Source of the DNA: Eledone cirrhosa
Taxonomy: Eukaryota
Length of the DNA: 64,000 nucleotides
NCBI GenBank assembly: GCA_964016885.1
Contig: OZ024740.1
Coordinates: 410,254,001-410,318,000, forward strand
Direction of reading: 5' to 3'
Shown here: positions 1 through 12,635 of the stretch, in pieces
Layout of the letters: the number at the start of each line of letters is the position of its first letter
Position numbering within the stretch: position 1 is the first letter of the stretch
Translations under genes and position numbers: made by a program
Notes under the pieces: generated by a model
Told to the model about the DNA's origin: nothing
Database searches by the model: none
What the model saw: only the letters and a program-made list of their open reading frames with translations

Positions 1-898
1 TCAATGGCGTGGGTGACCGGATATGCCTCCAATCAGACCAATGGGCGGAAAAGAACAATGTGCTGCTGAACGAGGATTAATTTGAACTAATCCACTTTCG
101 AAAAGAAGATGCCCTGAAATTCCCATACTCCCTTCCTTCAAGTGAAACTCTCGTGGCATCCATCAACATCAGAAACTTGGGAGTAATTGTGGACAACAAC
201 ATAAGCTGGGCCACTCAGATAAACAGCGAATTTGACATGGTCCGCAGAATGTGTTCCTGGATTCTCATAACCTCCAGTCGAGAGATATCCACACTATTAT
301 CCTTCTTTCTCCACTTCTGCCCGACCCCACCTTGAATAGTGTTGTCCACTGTGGTCTCCCCACACGAAACAAAGTATCATGAAATCTGAGGCTCCTCAAA
401 GGTCAATCACGAACAGAATAGATAGCATGTCAGGCCTTGCCTATTGGTGTCGACTAGAAAAACTCAAACTTTATTCTCTCCAACGCCGCCGTGAGCGCTA
501 CAATATCTGCATGATGTGGACAATATGTTGGCATCACCTTTAAAGTACACCCAAGGCTTGGGAATCGTCCTATCCGCCCACAACAAAACTCGCATCTCAT
601 AACAATACGGCCCAATTATTTCACCTCAATTGGCCCCGCTTTCTTTAACATTACATGAAAATACATTAAAACCGAAACAGACCCCATAAAGTTCAAGAAG
701 TCTTTGGACAAATTCCTTCAAGAAATCTCGGATAAACCTCCTACACCCGGATATGTCTCCGTAAACAACAACTCTCTACTTGAGTGGGTCATGGTGTCCA
801 AATTCTGATTTGAAAGACTTCGCCAGGTGGTGCTATTAAGTTAGACATGTAGACATGGCCTGGACCAATACTGGCCGAAACCTATCAAAGTTCTCAAA
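1..898 (+). mobile_element. 3' fragment of a CR1/L2-like (Jockey-group) LINE, decayed RT C-terminus
   Basis: ORF 153-335 reads 'IRNLGVIVDNNISWATQIN', matching the RT C-terminal DLGV..D..LSW..HI motif. Downstream frames read 'RPHLE*CCPLWSPH' and 'RLEKLKLYSLQRRRER'. It contains stops and frameshifts and ends at a TA run near 900. Confidence 0.75.
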
Positions 899-1521
899 GT
901 TATATATATATATGCTACCAAAATTAGATTAAAGATTCCATCTCGGTAAATCCGAGCATTTATATTAAATTAAAAGTCGAATGACATATATACAGTATAT
1001 ATATATAAAATAAACATATCAAACAATTACAGAGGATAATTTTTAAAGAGTGTAAACACACATAGTTACTGAGCTAACATTAAAAATAACAAGAACCTTG
1101 AATATAGATACCTTGCAAAAATGATTAATCTCCCTTTTATATGTTCCATTGAAGAAATATATTTCCCCATTAATCGGTGAATCAGAGATGTTTAAATCTT
1201 GGATCATCGGCAAAGGAGAAGATTTAACTATCTATGATTACACACTAAAAGCAAATCAGGGAATAATGGCGAAAAGCACATGTGGTTTTTAAAAAAAACA
1301 CATCACCCTGCCGTCAAGCCAGTGGCGTTAATAGGGTTATCGATAGCTAGAAATAACAGCCGAGTCTTTTCAACATAAAAAGCTCTACTCACAGACTTAC
1401 GAGCCGTAAAAACTACCAACATTAGATTAAGGATGCCATGTCTGAGAATATCAGAGCAAAGCGCCATACAAACAGTGGAATAAGCTCAAAGATTCCAAGT
1501 AGAAAATCCGAGCATTTATTA

Positions 1522-1613
1522 ACATTAAATTAAAAGTCGAATGACATATATATATAAAATAAACACATCAATTTATTTTATATATATATGTCATTCGACT
1601 TTTAATTTAATGT
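1522..1613. repeat. Perfect 42-bp inverted repeat with an 8-nt spacer
   Basis: ACATTAAATTAAAAGTCGAATGACATATATATATAAAATAAA (1522-1563) is reverse-complemented at 1572-1613. A related direct copy of the left arm lies at about 945-1015. Confidence 0.9.
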
Positions 1614-1643
1614 AAAGAATCTTGCTAAACAAATTCAGAAACG

Positions 1644-1681
<38 letters not shown>

Positions 1682-1767
1682 AAAAATTGAACGGGAACAA
1701 AACAGAGAGGCAATACGAACAAAGGTTTATTAGTTTCACGCTCTTGAGAGTGGGGTGGTGGTGGGGA

Positions 1768-1799
1768 ACGACGTTTCGGGCATAAGCCCTTCTTCAGGT
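1768..1799 (-). ncRNA. Minimal hammerhead ribozyme motif in the PLE terminal repeat
   Basis: Minus strand reads AC-CTGAAGA-A-GGGC-TTAT-GCCC-GAAACGTC-GT: conserved core, 4-bp stem II and palindromic ACGT stem III. Stem I is weak. Confidence 0.7.
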
Positions 1800-3285
1800 G
1801 AAAACTGTGTGGGAAGAGAGTTCCAAGGGTGTGTAGGGGAGTGGTGGAGAGACATAGAAAAAAGGGGTGAGAGGAAACGGTAAAAATGAAATTAAATATA
1901 AAAGCATGATAAAAATAAAAATAAAAATACACATGAAGTAAAACAGGTGGTGGAAGGGTGTGGGGCGTGTAGGGGTGGTGGCGGGTGGAGTGGGGAGAGG
2001 GTGGCGGGGTGTCCGAGCGGGGAGGGCTGAAGGTGGTGTGTGTGTGTGTGCGTGTACGTGTGTGTGTGTGTGTGTATGTGAAAGTAAGAGTTGGGGGAAG
2101 AACGGGGTTGCAGGTTCAGGAAGAGGTGTGTGTGGGGTGGGGTGTAGGTCGGAGTGTGTGTGCGTGTGTGGATGGGGAGGGGTCAGAGGGGTGGGGGGAG
2201 AGGATTCCGGAGGCTGAGTGTGTAAATATGTGGTGGTACGCACGTGTGTGTGTGGTGTTTATGCGTGTTGTGGATGTAGGTGGCGTGTGGGGTAAAACAA
2301 TTTTTTGAGTGTATGTCAGTGGGTGAGTCCTTAAGGTAGTTCCGTAGAGGATGTGGTGGAATGCTGAGTAATATCCTTGGGATGTGGTGGATTCTAGGGA
2401 TCGATGTTCACATATGTGTAATCCGTGAAGAGATTGGTCGGAAGAGGGGAGATGTGGGGTGCGCGCGCAACAGGAAGTGGTCAGAGGGTCAAGGCAGGAG
2501 GAGGGTTGTGTGTTTGTGTGTGCGGGGAGGTGGTCAGAGATAAGGGCATAGCAGCAGTCGGGTAGAATGGTAAGTGAAGAAAGTCGGTGTGTCAGTGTGT
2601 GTGGAGGTGCGGTGGACAGGGGAGAGGATGGGTAGGTGTGAAAGTTGGAGTGAGGAGGGTGTGTGTGTGTATTAGTAGAGGTGTTAGTGGGATGCGTGTG
2701 TGTGTGAGAAAGGGTGTGGGTGGAGCGGGGAGAGAAGGGTGTGGAGGCCGGTGGAGGGAGTGTAGTGTACTGGTGTGTGTGTGCGTGTTTGGATGAGTGT
2801 GTGTGCGGTGAAGGGGGTGTTAGTGGGTGTTAGTATACTGGAGGTGGGGAAAGGGTTGAATGCGGGTGTGAGTGGGGGTCAGTGGTGGTAGGGTGTGTAG
2901 AGTGGGTGGTGTAAGTGGGTGTGTGTGTTCGTGTGCGTAGGGTTGGGGGTGTTAGTGATGTTAGTTGCGTGTAGAGTGGGTGGTGTAAGTGGGGGGGGGG
3001 GGGTGTTCGTGTGCTTGGGGTCGGGGGGTGTTAGTGATGTTAGTTGCGGGGTGGTGGGGTGGATGTGTGGGGGTGAGGGTTAGTGGTGGTAGTAGGGTGT
3101 GTGTTTAGTGTGATAAGGAGGAGGGGGAGAAAGAAGGGAGGGATGTTAGTATGTTAGTTGGGGAAGGGTGGTCGGGTGTGGGGTGGAGGTGTTAGTATTG
3201 TTAGTTGTGGGGTGGGCGGTGAAAAGGAGGGGTGTGTTAGTGATGTTAGTGGGGGATATGTGTGGGGGGAGGGGGCGGTCGAAGG

Positions 3286-5490
3286 CTAAAGGAATAAGGG
3301 TGGGGAGTTCAGGCCGGAGGGAGTGTGGGTCTGTAGGGTGAAGATGGTTCGTTGTTCGACCATGAGGAGAGTGGCGGGTGTTCCGTGGCATTGGAGTAGG
3401 CCACAGACTGTGAGGTGGTGTGCGGAATGTCCAGGGGCACCAAAGTGGCGGGCGATGGGGGAACTACCACCGAGACGAATATCTCGGAGGTGTTCAGTAA
3501 ACCTGTCCGCCAGGCGACGTCCAGTCTGTCCGACGTAGACTAGGTTGGAGGAGGTGCAGCGGAAGGTATGCCAGACAGAGAGAGAGTGGCCGTTGGGATC
3601 CTGGAAGGTAGTGGTGTTGGTGATGTGGGGACAGGTGTTGCAGCGGGGCCTGGAACAGGGAAGGGAACCGGGGGGGGGGCGTGGGTTGAGGGGTAGGGAG
3701 CTGTGGACGAGGAGGGTGCGGAGATTGCGTGCGCGTTTGAAGTAGGGGAGTGGTGGGGCTAGGAAGATGTGGGAGGTGGAGGGGTCGGACTGGAGGCGTC
3801 GGAAGAGGCGGAGGATGGTGGAGGGGTGGTAGGTTATGGGGAAGGGGAGACGGTGGGTGGGTGTTCGGTGGCGTGGGGTGAGGGTGGTGGAGCGGTGGAC
3901 AGCCCGAGCGCGGGTGAGAGCGGTGTGGACGAGAGGGGGGGGGGGGGGGGTAACCTCTGCGGATGAAATGGATGACTAGGGAAAGGGCCTGGGATTCAAA
4001 GTCAGCATCTCGGCTACAGAGGCGGCGGATCCTGAGGAGTTGGGAGTAGGGAATAGAGTGTTTAGTGTGTGTGGGGTGGGAAGAGGTGAAGTCGAGGTAG
4101 GAGTGGGAGTCGGTGGGTTTGAAGAAGGCGGAGGTGACGAGGGAGTGGTGGGAGGGGTCGAAGGCGACGGAGATGTCTAAGAAGTGGACGTGGGTGGTGG
4201 AGATAGAGGTGGTGAAGTGGAGGGAGGGGTGGAAGGAGCAGAAGAAGGAGAGAAAGAGTCGAGCTGTTCTCGGGTGAGGGTCGTGGCTCCGATACAGTCG
4301 TCGATGTAACGACCGTACAGTTCGGGCGTGGGGCCGGTGTACTGGCCTCAACATAACCAACAAAAATGTTGGCATAGTTTGGGCCCATTCTTGTACCCAT
4401 GGCTACCCCCGTGACCTGTTGGTAAAACTCACCCGAGAAAGAGAAATAGTTGAGGGTGAGGACCAGCTCGGCGAGGCGAAGGAGGGTAGGGGTGGAGGGG
4501 ATGGGGGAGGAGCGAAGGTCGAGGTAGTGCTTGAGGGCACGTAGGCCGTCGGCGTGGGGGATGACGGTATAGAGGGACTTGATGTCTAGGGTGAAGAGGA
4601 AGGGCTGTGGGCCGGGTGGGTAGGTGAAGGAGTCGAAAAGGCGCAGGGCGTGGTTGGTGTCGGATATGTGGGAGGAGAGGGTGGTGACAAGGGGGGCGAG
4701 GATAGAGTCAAGAAAGGCGGAGATGAGTTCGGTGGGGCAGTTGCAAGCGGAGACGATGGGGCGGTCGGGGTTGTCGGGTTTGTGGAGTTTGGGGAGGAAG
4801 TAGATGGTAGGGGTGCGGGGGGTGCGGACGATGAGGTGGGAAGCGGTGGGGGGGGGGGTCGGAGGGTAGATGGCGGTAGAAGAGGGGTTACGGAGCTGCC
4901 TGAGGGCTTCGGCCGTGTAGAGGTCCGCGCGCCACACCACCACGGCGCCTCCCTTGCCCGCCGGTTTGATGACGATGTTATCTCGGCTACGGAGGGAGCG
5001 GAGAGCGAGGAGTTCGCCCCGTGAGATGTTATTCCGTTTGGAACGGTGGCGGAAGTCGAAACGATTTACGGCGTACGGCTGGCATCGACGAACGCGTCCA
5101 GGGTGCTAAATTACCCTGGGGCCGGCGTCCAAGAAGATGGTCGTCGGCCCAGGGCGAGAAACGGGTCTGGGGCGTTCGGAGCCGGTGGCGTTTGACCGAA
5201 ATGTGCCTGTAGCTTCGTACGTCGCACGAATCGCTCGACTTCCGTTCGGGTGCGGAACTCGTCGCTGTGCAGAGTGTGGGGTATGAAGCGAAGGCCTCTA
5301 CTAAGGAGTGAGCGCTCAGGTGCGGAGAGGGGGAGGTCAGGGGGTATGATGACAACAAGTGGTGGGGTTTGGGTGTGTGAGGGAGGAAGGGAGGGTGTGG
5401 TGAGGGGTGAGGTGGAGGGTGGAGATTGGGTAGGGGTGTGGGTAGAGGGAGGGGTGGAGAGTGGTGGGGATGCGTGGGATGGGTGTGGGA
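3286..5490 (-). pseudogene. Disrupted RT + GIY-YIG endonuclease ORF of the Neptune-type PLE
   Basis: The ORF is split across 5111-5545, 4062-4943, 3494-4375 and further frames, with shifts partly at G/C homopolymers. The C-terminus reads 'EQRTIFTLQTHTPSGLNSPPLFL*' with the stop at about 3286-3288. Confidence 0.85.
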
Positions 5491-6734
5491 TATACGTCGG
5501 CGAACTGGCATCATTTCTCTGTACAAAATTCCACTGTTTAGTCAACCTACGCTACAGTAGATGATACTCGCTCAAGGCGACATGCATTCAAATTGAACCT
5601 CACAATATTTGATTATGAAGTTGAATTCTTAATAACACCACTTTACTTTCGCCTGAATAAATTAATTACTGTTCTACGTGACTTTTAATACATGTTGCCA
5701 TATATCCGTTAAAAGTTGGTTAATATGTTGCCTTATAACTAGAAATGCTTATTAATCCACCACTGGGAACATATCCCTAAGCTACATATTCCTTGAGTGA
5801 CATTTCAAGGATATCTTTAACGTCAAAAGAAGTATATGAAGAAATAAAACACTTCCGTGCAGAAGTCATGAAGATGAAGTCACCGAATGTTTATGGGACA
5901 TTTCCTTGATCACCAGTGGTCGAGCAGGAATGTGGAGTGTTGATTCGACTTAACTAGAGGTTCCCACGTGAATGATTTTAGATTTTATGTTTTATATAGT
6001 ATTGTGTTAATTATTGTGTGTTTTATCAAATTAATGTTTTTTATATAACGTTTTCCAACCCCACATATATTGTAACCCTTGTTTATAATGTTTACTGTGT
6101 TTCTATGTAAAATCACTCAAAGAAGATTAACACTTTCTAGAAAAGGCTGAAAAAATTGCTATATTTAAATATTTTCGAGCTATAAGTTGTCTACTAAATC
6201 CTTTAAGCCTTTTCTGTGCTTAGAAAATAATGTCATTTGTAATTGACTTTAGTTAAATTATATAAGAATGAAATGATGATCAGCTAATATTTACTTTACT
6301 TATCTTCTATATATTCCTGGTTATGGCTGTCATAAAATTAAACCCTAATACCAATGATAGTTTTAAATATCTAAATTGCTTCAGAGAATTGAGTTTTTCA
6401 GAATATCTACTTCGTGTTTGATAAATTTTCATTTTAATGTTTAGATTTTCTCATTTATTTATTCCTGTTCGTTGTCCCGTTCAACAGAACCACGCCATAA
6501 AAACAGATAAAGAATTGGTTATCTACTTTTCAATTAAGAACGTATATCTCCTGAGGCTACAGAAGTTTTAGATAAAATATATGTAGAATTTTTAATTTCT
6601 ATCGAATTAATAAAATACTATTGTGATTTTAATATTTTGAATGAAATGATCAAATAAACTTTCTCAGAAAAACGGCGCAAAAATACTCACCAAAAGATTT
6701 TTAGTAAAGTAGAAACATTAGTATTATAGATAAA

Positions 6735-6883
6735 AGGGAGTGGGAGAGAGAAAGGGAGAAGTGAGAGAAAGAGAGAGGGAGAAAGAAAGAGAGAAGAGAG
6801 AGGGAGAAAGAGAGATAGCGATAGAGAGAGTGAGAAAGAGAGGAGAAAGAGAGATAGAGATAGAGAGAGAGAGAAGAGTGAGG

Positions 6884-6936
<53 letters not shown>

Positions 6937-7001
6937 AGAGAGAGAGAGAGAGAAGAGAGAGAAGAGAGAGAAGAGAGAGAAAGCGAGAGAGAGAGAGAGA
7001 A

Positions 7002-7067
<66 letters not shown>
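6735..7067. repeat. (GA)n microsatellite / purine tract
   Basis: Directly visible. Confidence 0.95.
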
Positions 7068-7072
<5 letters not shown>

Positions 7073-7090
7073 GAAATGTTAAATATTTAT

Positions 7091-7265
7091 AATTGTTTCT
7101 ACTTTTGGCACAGGCCAGCAATTATCCCAGTGTATTACTGGTACTTTATTTTATCGACCCTGTAAGGATGAAAGGCAAAGTTAACCTCGGCGGGATTTGA
7201 ACTCAGACCATAAAGGGCCGTAGCTCTTTGCTGCAAAGCATGGCGCCCGACCCTCTACCGATACT
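7091..7265 (-). mobile_element. tRNA-derived SINE, family A
   Basis: Minus strand has B-box GAGTTCAAATCC, the body CTTTGCCTTTCATCCTTAC.GGGTCGATAAAATAAAGTACCAG and the tail GTGCCAAAAGTAGAAACAATT. More than 10 copies occur in the window. Confidence 0.85.
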
Positions 7266-7326
7266 TAAATATTTATAATACAACGGAATTAGATAAATAA
7301 ATATATATATATATCTAATCAAACAT

Positions 7327-7457
7327 AATTGTTTCTATTTTAGGCACAAGGCCAGCAATTACCCAGTACATTACTGGTACTCTATTATATCGACCCCGTA
7401 AGGATAAAAGGCAAAGTTAACCTCGGCGGGATTTGAACTCAGATCATAAAGGGACGT
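7327..7457 (-). mobile_element. SINE family A, 5'-truncated
   Basis: Same body and tail as 7091-7265. Confidence 0.8.
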
Positions 7458-7899
7458 ATATAATCAAACATAATGATTACATTTTTGATTATGTTATATT
7501 GATTACGAATGAAATTCGACGAAACCTGAACGACATAGATCTGATAGTTCTGTTGAACCATCAAATGTATATGTTTATTTAGCTTTCCTTTCATAATTTA
7601 TTCTCACAAGATTGCATTAAAGTTTTCAATGCCTTTTCCGCTTAATAAGCAACTGTTTCTATTAGTTCTCTCTCCATCGTTATAGTTGCATTAAAAGTTC
7701 TCTTGTCGGTGACTTTATAATGCATCTCTTTATTCATGATACTAACTTCAAACTAATAGAACCAGTATGAACATTATGAAGCTAAGATATTCCCCGAGGA
7801 TTTTTACCACTTTTATAAAATACTATCGAAAGTATCAAATGTACCTCTTATCTCCAATATGATATTTTTTAGTTTGTTTATCTTTAATTCCCATGATTT

Positions 7900-8280
7900 T
7901 AACGTTAGTAGAAGATGAAAAGCTGAGGATAAACAAGCAACACTAAAACTCATATATTTCCATGTTACAGTCAACATGACTGTATAGGGAGATAGTTGAA
8001 AGATACTGGAGTGAAGCGTTAGAAATTATTTCTATATTTGATTGTATATGGAAACCAACCAATACAAAATTTCGTTGTAAATTGCTTCTTTATACATACA
8101 GCACTAGCACTTTCAAACTTACATTCGTAAACGGGGACCAGGAACATACACATAAACATTTAAGTGCTGTTCATATTTAGTAATTAATAATTTCTCTTTG
8201 TTTATTCTTTGTTGTTCGGTCATGTCATCAGCAAAATGACAACATTCTAAAGTTGGGAAAATATGTTCAACTTCACTATG
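7900..8280 (-). mobile_element. PLE 3' remnant (GIY-YIG C-terminus plus 3' UTR)
   Basis: ORF 8119-8310 reads 'IFPTLECCHFADDMTEQQRINKEKLLITKYEQHLN', resembling the R..KE..FI....P.LN end of PLE GIY-YIG domains. Confidence 0.5.
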
Positions 8281-8394
8281 TAGATGTGCGCGTATGGGGT
8301 ATGTGCACATTTGTGTGTGTGTCTGTCCTTAAGTTTGGCTTTTGTTCATGTCTCACAAGTTCGACAAAAAATAAAATAAAAATAAAAATAAAGA

Positions 8395-8505
8395 GAGAGC
8401 GATGAAATAAGTACCAATCAATATGATCGACTAAAATCCCTGAAAAGTGGTGCCTCGACACACCTGTAGTCTAATGACTGAAGCAAGTAAACGAATAAAA
8501 TAAAA
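8395..8505 (+). mobile_element. Degraded SINE 3' portion
   Basis: GATGAAATAAGTACCA...GATCGACTAAA...AATGACTGAAGCAAGTAAA is related to the SINE body and tail. Confidence 0.45.
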
Positions 8506-8712
8506 AAGATAGCAATTTATATCTTAAACAATAACAAAACAATGAAGGAATTAAATGTGAAAAAAAAAATCACTTACAAATGCACAAATACAAACACAGA
8601 CACTTCAAATAAGAGTAAATTGCAAGATGTACAAAAAGATCTGTCTTATCTAGTAATTTCCTTTCCAAGACAGCTGCCCAAAAGCTTCACAATATATATA
8701 TAGAGAGATTTA

Positions 8713-8770
<58 letters not shown>

Positions 8771-8772
<2 letters not shown>

Positions 8773-8908
8773 ACGATAAATTAACGGAGGCATAGGCCCT
8801 CGCTATTCCCTGTAAATAGATTATAGATTCCATACACTGGTGGGTTTTTTCCCTATTTTATTGATAGCGCACTGTATATCTCTCTCTGGTGTGTTACCTT
8901 TTCAACAT

Positions 8909-8912
<4 letters not shown>
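8771..8912. mobile_element. Short repeat inserted in (TA)n, same family as 35041-35781 (probable PLE terminal remnant)
   Basis: AAATTAACGGAGGCATAGGCCCTCGCTATTCCCTGTAAATA and TAGATTCCATACACTGG...GTGTTACCTTTTCAACATAT both recur at 35.0-35.8 kb. Confidence 0.75.
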
Positions 8913-8961
<49 letters not shown>

Positions 8962-9075
8962 TTATTTATTTATATATATATATATGTATATATATATATT
9001 ATAAAATGTGAAATAACCTAAGCAAAGAGAAAGGAAGAAAGGAATTATGCCATTACTATATCATAGTATATATAT

Positions 9076-9266
9076 AATTGTTTCTACTTTTGGCATAAGG
9101 CCAGCAATTATCCCAGAGCATTACTGGTACTTTATATTATCGACCCGTAAGGATGAAAGGCAAAGTTAACCTCGGCGGGATTTGAACTCAGAACGTAAAT
9201 GGCCATAACTCTATGCTGTAAAGCATGGTGTCTGACGCTCTACCGATACTGCCAATTCACCGCCCT
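9076..9266 (-). mobile_element. SINE family A, near full length
   Basis: A-box-like TGGCAGTATCGG and B-box GAGTTCAAATCC on the minus strand, with the conserved body. Confidence 0.85.
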
Positions 9267-9519
9267 TTGTATATAGTATATATATATAATACGATTGCAT
9301 AAGAGTTAGAATTTATGTCCATACACGCCATTGCTAGAAAATAGAGAATGCAATTGTGAACTAAGAACATTTGCCAGGTAAGTACAGGCTCCACTTAATG
9401 GAAAAATTGAAAGTGAATCTGAATTACATGATTCTGTTTGAAAGAATCTGACCCCAAAGCATTGTTGAAAATCGGATTAATGCAGTTTAAAGGCATGCTT
9501 TATAAAGAGCACTCAATGA

Positions 9520-9705
9520 TTGTTTTTACGTTTGGCACAAGGCCAACAATTATTCCAGTGCATTACTGGTGTGTTATCTTATCAACCCCATAAAGGTAAA
9601 AGGCAAAGTTAACCTCGGCGGAATTTGAACTCAGACCGTAAAGGACTGTGACTCTATGCTGCAAAATATGGCGTCCGACCCTCTACCGATACTGCCAATC
9701 CACCG
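9520..9705 (-). mobile_element. SINE family A
   Basis: Homologous to 9076-9266. Confidence 0.8.
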
Positions 9706-9769
9706 TAAGAACACTCAATAATACGTTTCACTAAGATTCCTTTCAAAATACAGGGATGGTATAGTTTAA

Positions 9770-10075
9770 CAAGGTAGTTGTAATAAGTTATTAATTTAAC
9801 ATATGTTTGTATTTGACGTAATATTTAAGGTAACCTCCGACACGTTTGTCATGTGCAGCTTTCAGTATCCTAAATAGTTTATAACTTTGCCTATTAATCC
9901 GTATGGTGAGCTGATGGGGTTCCACGTGCTGGCTTCCCCACAGACCCGGTGGACAGGATGGAGAAGGCGTTTACCCGGAGGATGGTAAGGGAGATACGCT
10001 GGAAGAGCCATTCCATCTCGCGGGGCTCACACCTGCGGCTGGCTAACTCAGCGCCTATGGTAGTGAGTTCCACTA
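9770..10075 (-). mobile_element. 3' end of a CRE-like (RLE-type) non-LTR retrotransposon
   Basis: ORF 9894-10094 reads 'IGAELASRRCEPREMEWLFQRISLTILRVNAFSIL', matching the FQRIS+A+QRGNA C-terminal motif of CRE-clade elements. Confidence 0.65.
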
Positions 10076-10437
10076 ATGTCAAGTTACTAAACAATGAAAA
10101 TTACCCAGGATCACTCACACACATGTCATGTGTAAAACCACGTGTTAGCATAGGTTTGAGAAACCCTCATGTATATACATTGGCGGACTGGGTTTAAAAA
10201 TATTGCTTGCCAGGAAGAGACAAAAGACACCCCACACAACTACAATACTATGATCTAAAATTATATCGAATGAATTAAATTAAAAAAAAAAATCATCTCT
10301 TTTTCTGTGTATGCAATGGACCGTAAAATTGTAAAGTAAAAATATGGATTACAGAATATATTAAAAATTTCTTACCTTCTCCAATAAAAAAGATGTGAAA
10401 TATACACATCCACAAAATAGCAGTAATAAACTTCGGT

Positions 10438-10590
<153 letters not shown>

Positions 10591-10669
10591 TATAATAATA
10601 TACTCTGCTCCGTGCGAGCATCGAGAGCTCAAACGGTATACCGTCTACGGACGCATTTATTGAAACCTT

Positions 10670-10699
<30 letters not shown>

Positions 10700-10708
<9 letters not shown>

Positions 10709-11630
10709 CATTATAAAGAAAGAAGAAACATTAGATATAAATAAAAAAGATATAATATATCTAAATTCCTTCATTATCCTCGATTACGTAGTTTCGTGGC
10801 TATTATGCCAAAACATTACATCATAGAGATGCAGTATTTTTGTGAGGTTTGCCGACTTATCAAGAGGATACCTCATTTAGAGTTTCAAAACACGTCCGAA
10901 GGACGCGAGATAGAATCCCGAAAGGCGGAGAGGGAACTTATCACGTGATACAGCGGTCAAGAAACAGAAATTCAGGGATATATGTGGGTATATCCATGTA
11001 TATGTATGTATTCGCATGTGTCTGTGTATTTCTTTGTATTGTTTATAACTCCCTTCGGTAGAGTAACCACTGAAGTATAGTGACTGCTGTTAAGCTTACA
11101 CTACTCACACTTCTCGCCTTCCTAGCCAACTCTTCTACGGCCTTGACATAAATACCCCCTCCGCCTTTTGCGGTATTTTTCTCTTGATTGTAAGAGGTTT
11201 AGCTCTCTCTTGACCGCTGTATCACGTGATAAGTTCCCCCTTCGCCTTTCGGGATTCTATCTCGCGTCCTACGGACCTGTTTTGAAACTCTAAATGAGGT
11301 ATCCTCTTGATAAGTCGGCAAACCTCACAAAAATACTGCATCTCTACGATGTAATGTTTTTGCATAATAGCCACGAAACTACGTAGTCGAGGATAATGAA
11401 GGAATTTAGGTATATTATATCTTTTTATTTATATCTAATGTTTGTTCTTTCTTTATAATGTATTATATAGCTCTGATATTGAATCAATCTAATCCATTCA
11501 GATTATTTTGTCCCTATTATTCATAGAGCAAAACCGGTTAAGGTTGGCACCACACAAATTCAGGGATATATGTGGGTATATGCATCTATATGTATGTATT
11601 CGCATGTGTCTGTGTATTTCTTTGTATATA
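10700..11630. mobile_element. Fold-back element with ~260-bp inverted arms and a ~75-bp direct repeat (PLE pLTR-like remnant)
   Basis: 10700-10962 is the reverse complement of 11208-11469 with few mismatches, and 10964-11039 is repeated directly at about 11553-11627. The arms contain a degenerate hammerhead half (GAAACTACGTAGTC). Flanked by (TA)n. Confidence 0.8.
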
Positions 11631-11886
11631 TATATATATATATCACAGAAAAAAAGAGAATCAGTGTTGCGACGAATGGAATTTATTGGACATATTACAA
11701 TCGTTTGAAGCTATATTAGTGACTCTAGTGTGAAGAGTTTCTTGCCTAAAGACACTTAGAAAACTGGTAAAGTTAGTGAGATCACTTAGAAAAGAACAAA
11801 AGTACAGCCAACATTGAAATGGGAATCACAACACCAAGCAAAAAATAAAGCATAAAATAAAGAGAAATCCAAGACAACAACGTGAT

Positions 11887-11936
11887 ATGTGTGTGCATGT
11901 GTGTGTATGTGTGTGCGTGTGTGTGTATGTGTGTGC

Positions 11937-12006
<70 letters not shown>
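11887..12006. repeat. (TG)n microsatellite
   Basis: Directly visible. Confidence 0.95.
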
Positions 12007-12010
<4 letters not shown>

Positions 12011-12635
12011 CTTGTGGACGTTGCCTGGCCGAATGGTTAAAGAGTTTACTTCGCAATCATGTGTTGGTTTTCTCACCGTATTGGCAGAAATATAATTATA
12101 ACTTATGTACACCTAACAACGCCCATGATGCTTTTAATGGTACACACTCATGTAATTAATAATATATGCTTAAATATGCATAAAACATGCATTATTGATA
12201 CACATTATTGAAACATATGCATTATTGATGCATTTTCATAAAACATTGGGATAGGGATGAGCGGCAGCAAGGAAATTAAGCTATAAAATATATATTGCTA
12301 AATAGTAATTAGTATAATGGAAGGTGGCAAATTGGCAGTCATTAGAATGTAGGGTAGAGTGCTTTGAGGTATTCGTTCCGACTTTCTGTTCTCTGAGTCC
12401 CGCCGTGGTCAACTTTGTCTTTCATCCTTTAGATGTCGATAAAAAGGACCAGTCAAGTACTGGTGTCGATTCTACTTCTATATCTCTTTCTTTCCATTTC
12501 TATCATTCTCTGGAAGAAATCCGCTGTATTAAGGCCTGGACAAGGATGGGTTCCGCCAGGCTTAAAATTCCCGAGAAACAACTCCATCAGGAGTTACGGG
12601 ATCATACATATATAATTAGTATTATTAGAAATGGT

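Larger units (their letters stand above)
1679..5495 (-). mobile_element. GC-rich Penelope-like retroelement (Neptune-type), frameshifted
   Basis: N-terminal 'LSAPERSLLSRGLRFIP'; RT motifs 'IYFLPKLHKPDNPDRPIVS', 'FTLDIKSLYTVIPH', 'GVAMGTRMGPNYANIF' and 'LYGRYIDDCI' (about 4291-4320); Cys linker 'PCSRPRCNTCPHI'; GIY-YIG 'YVGQTGRRLADRFTEHLRDI'. It has a long CA-rich 3' region and a hammerhead-bearing terminus next to (TA)n. Confidence 0.92.
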
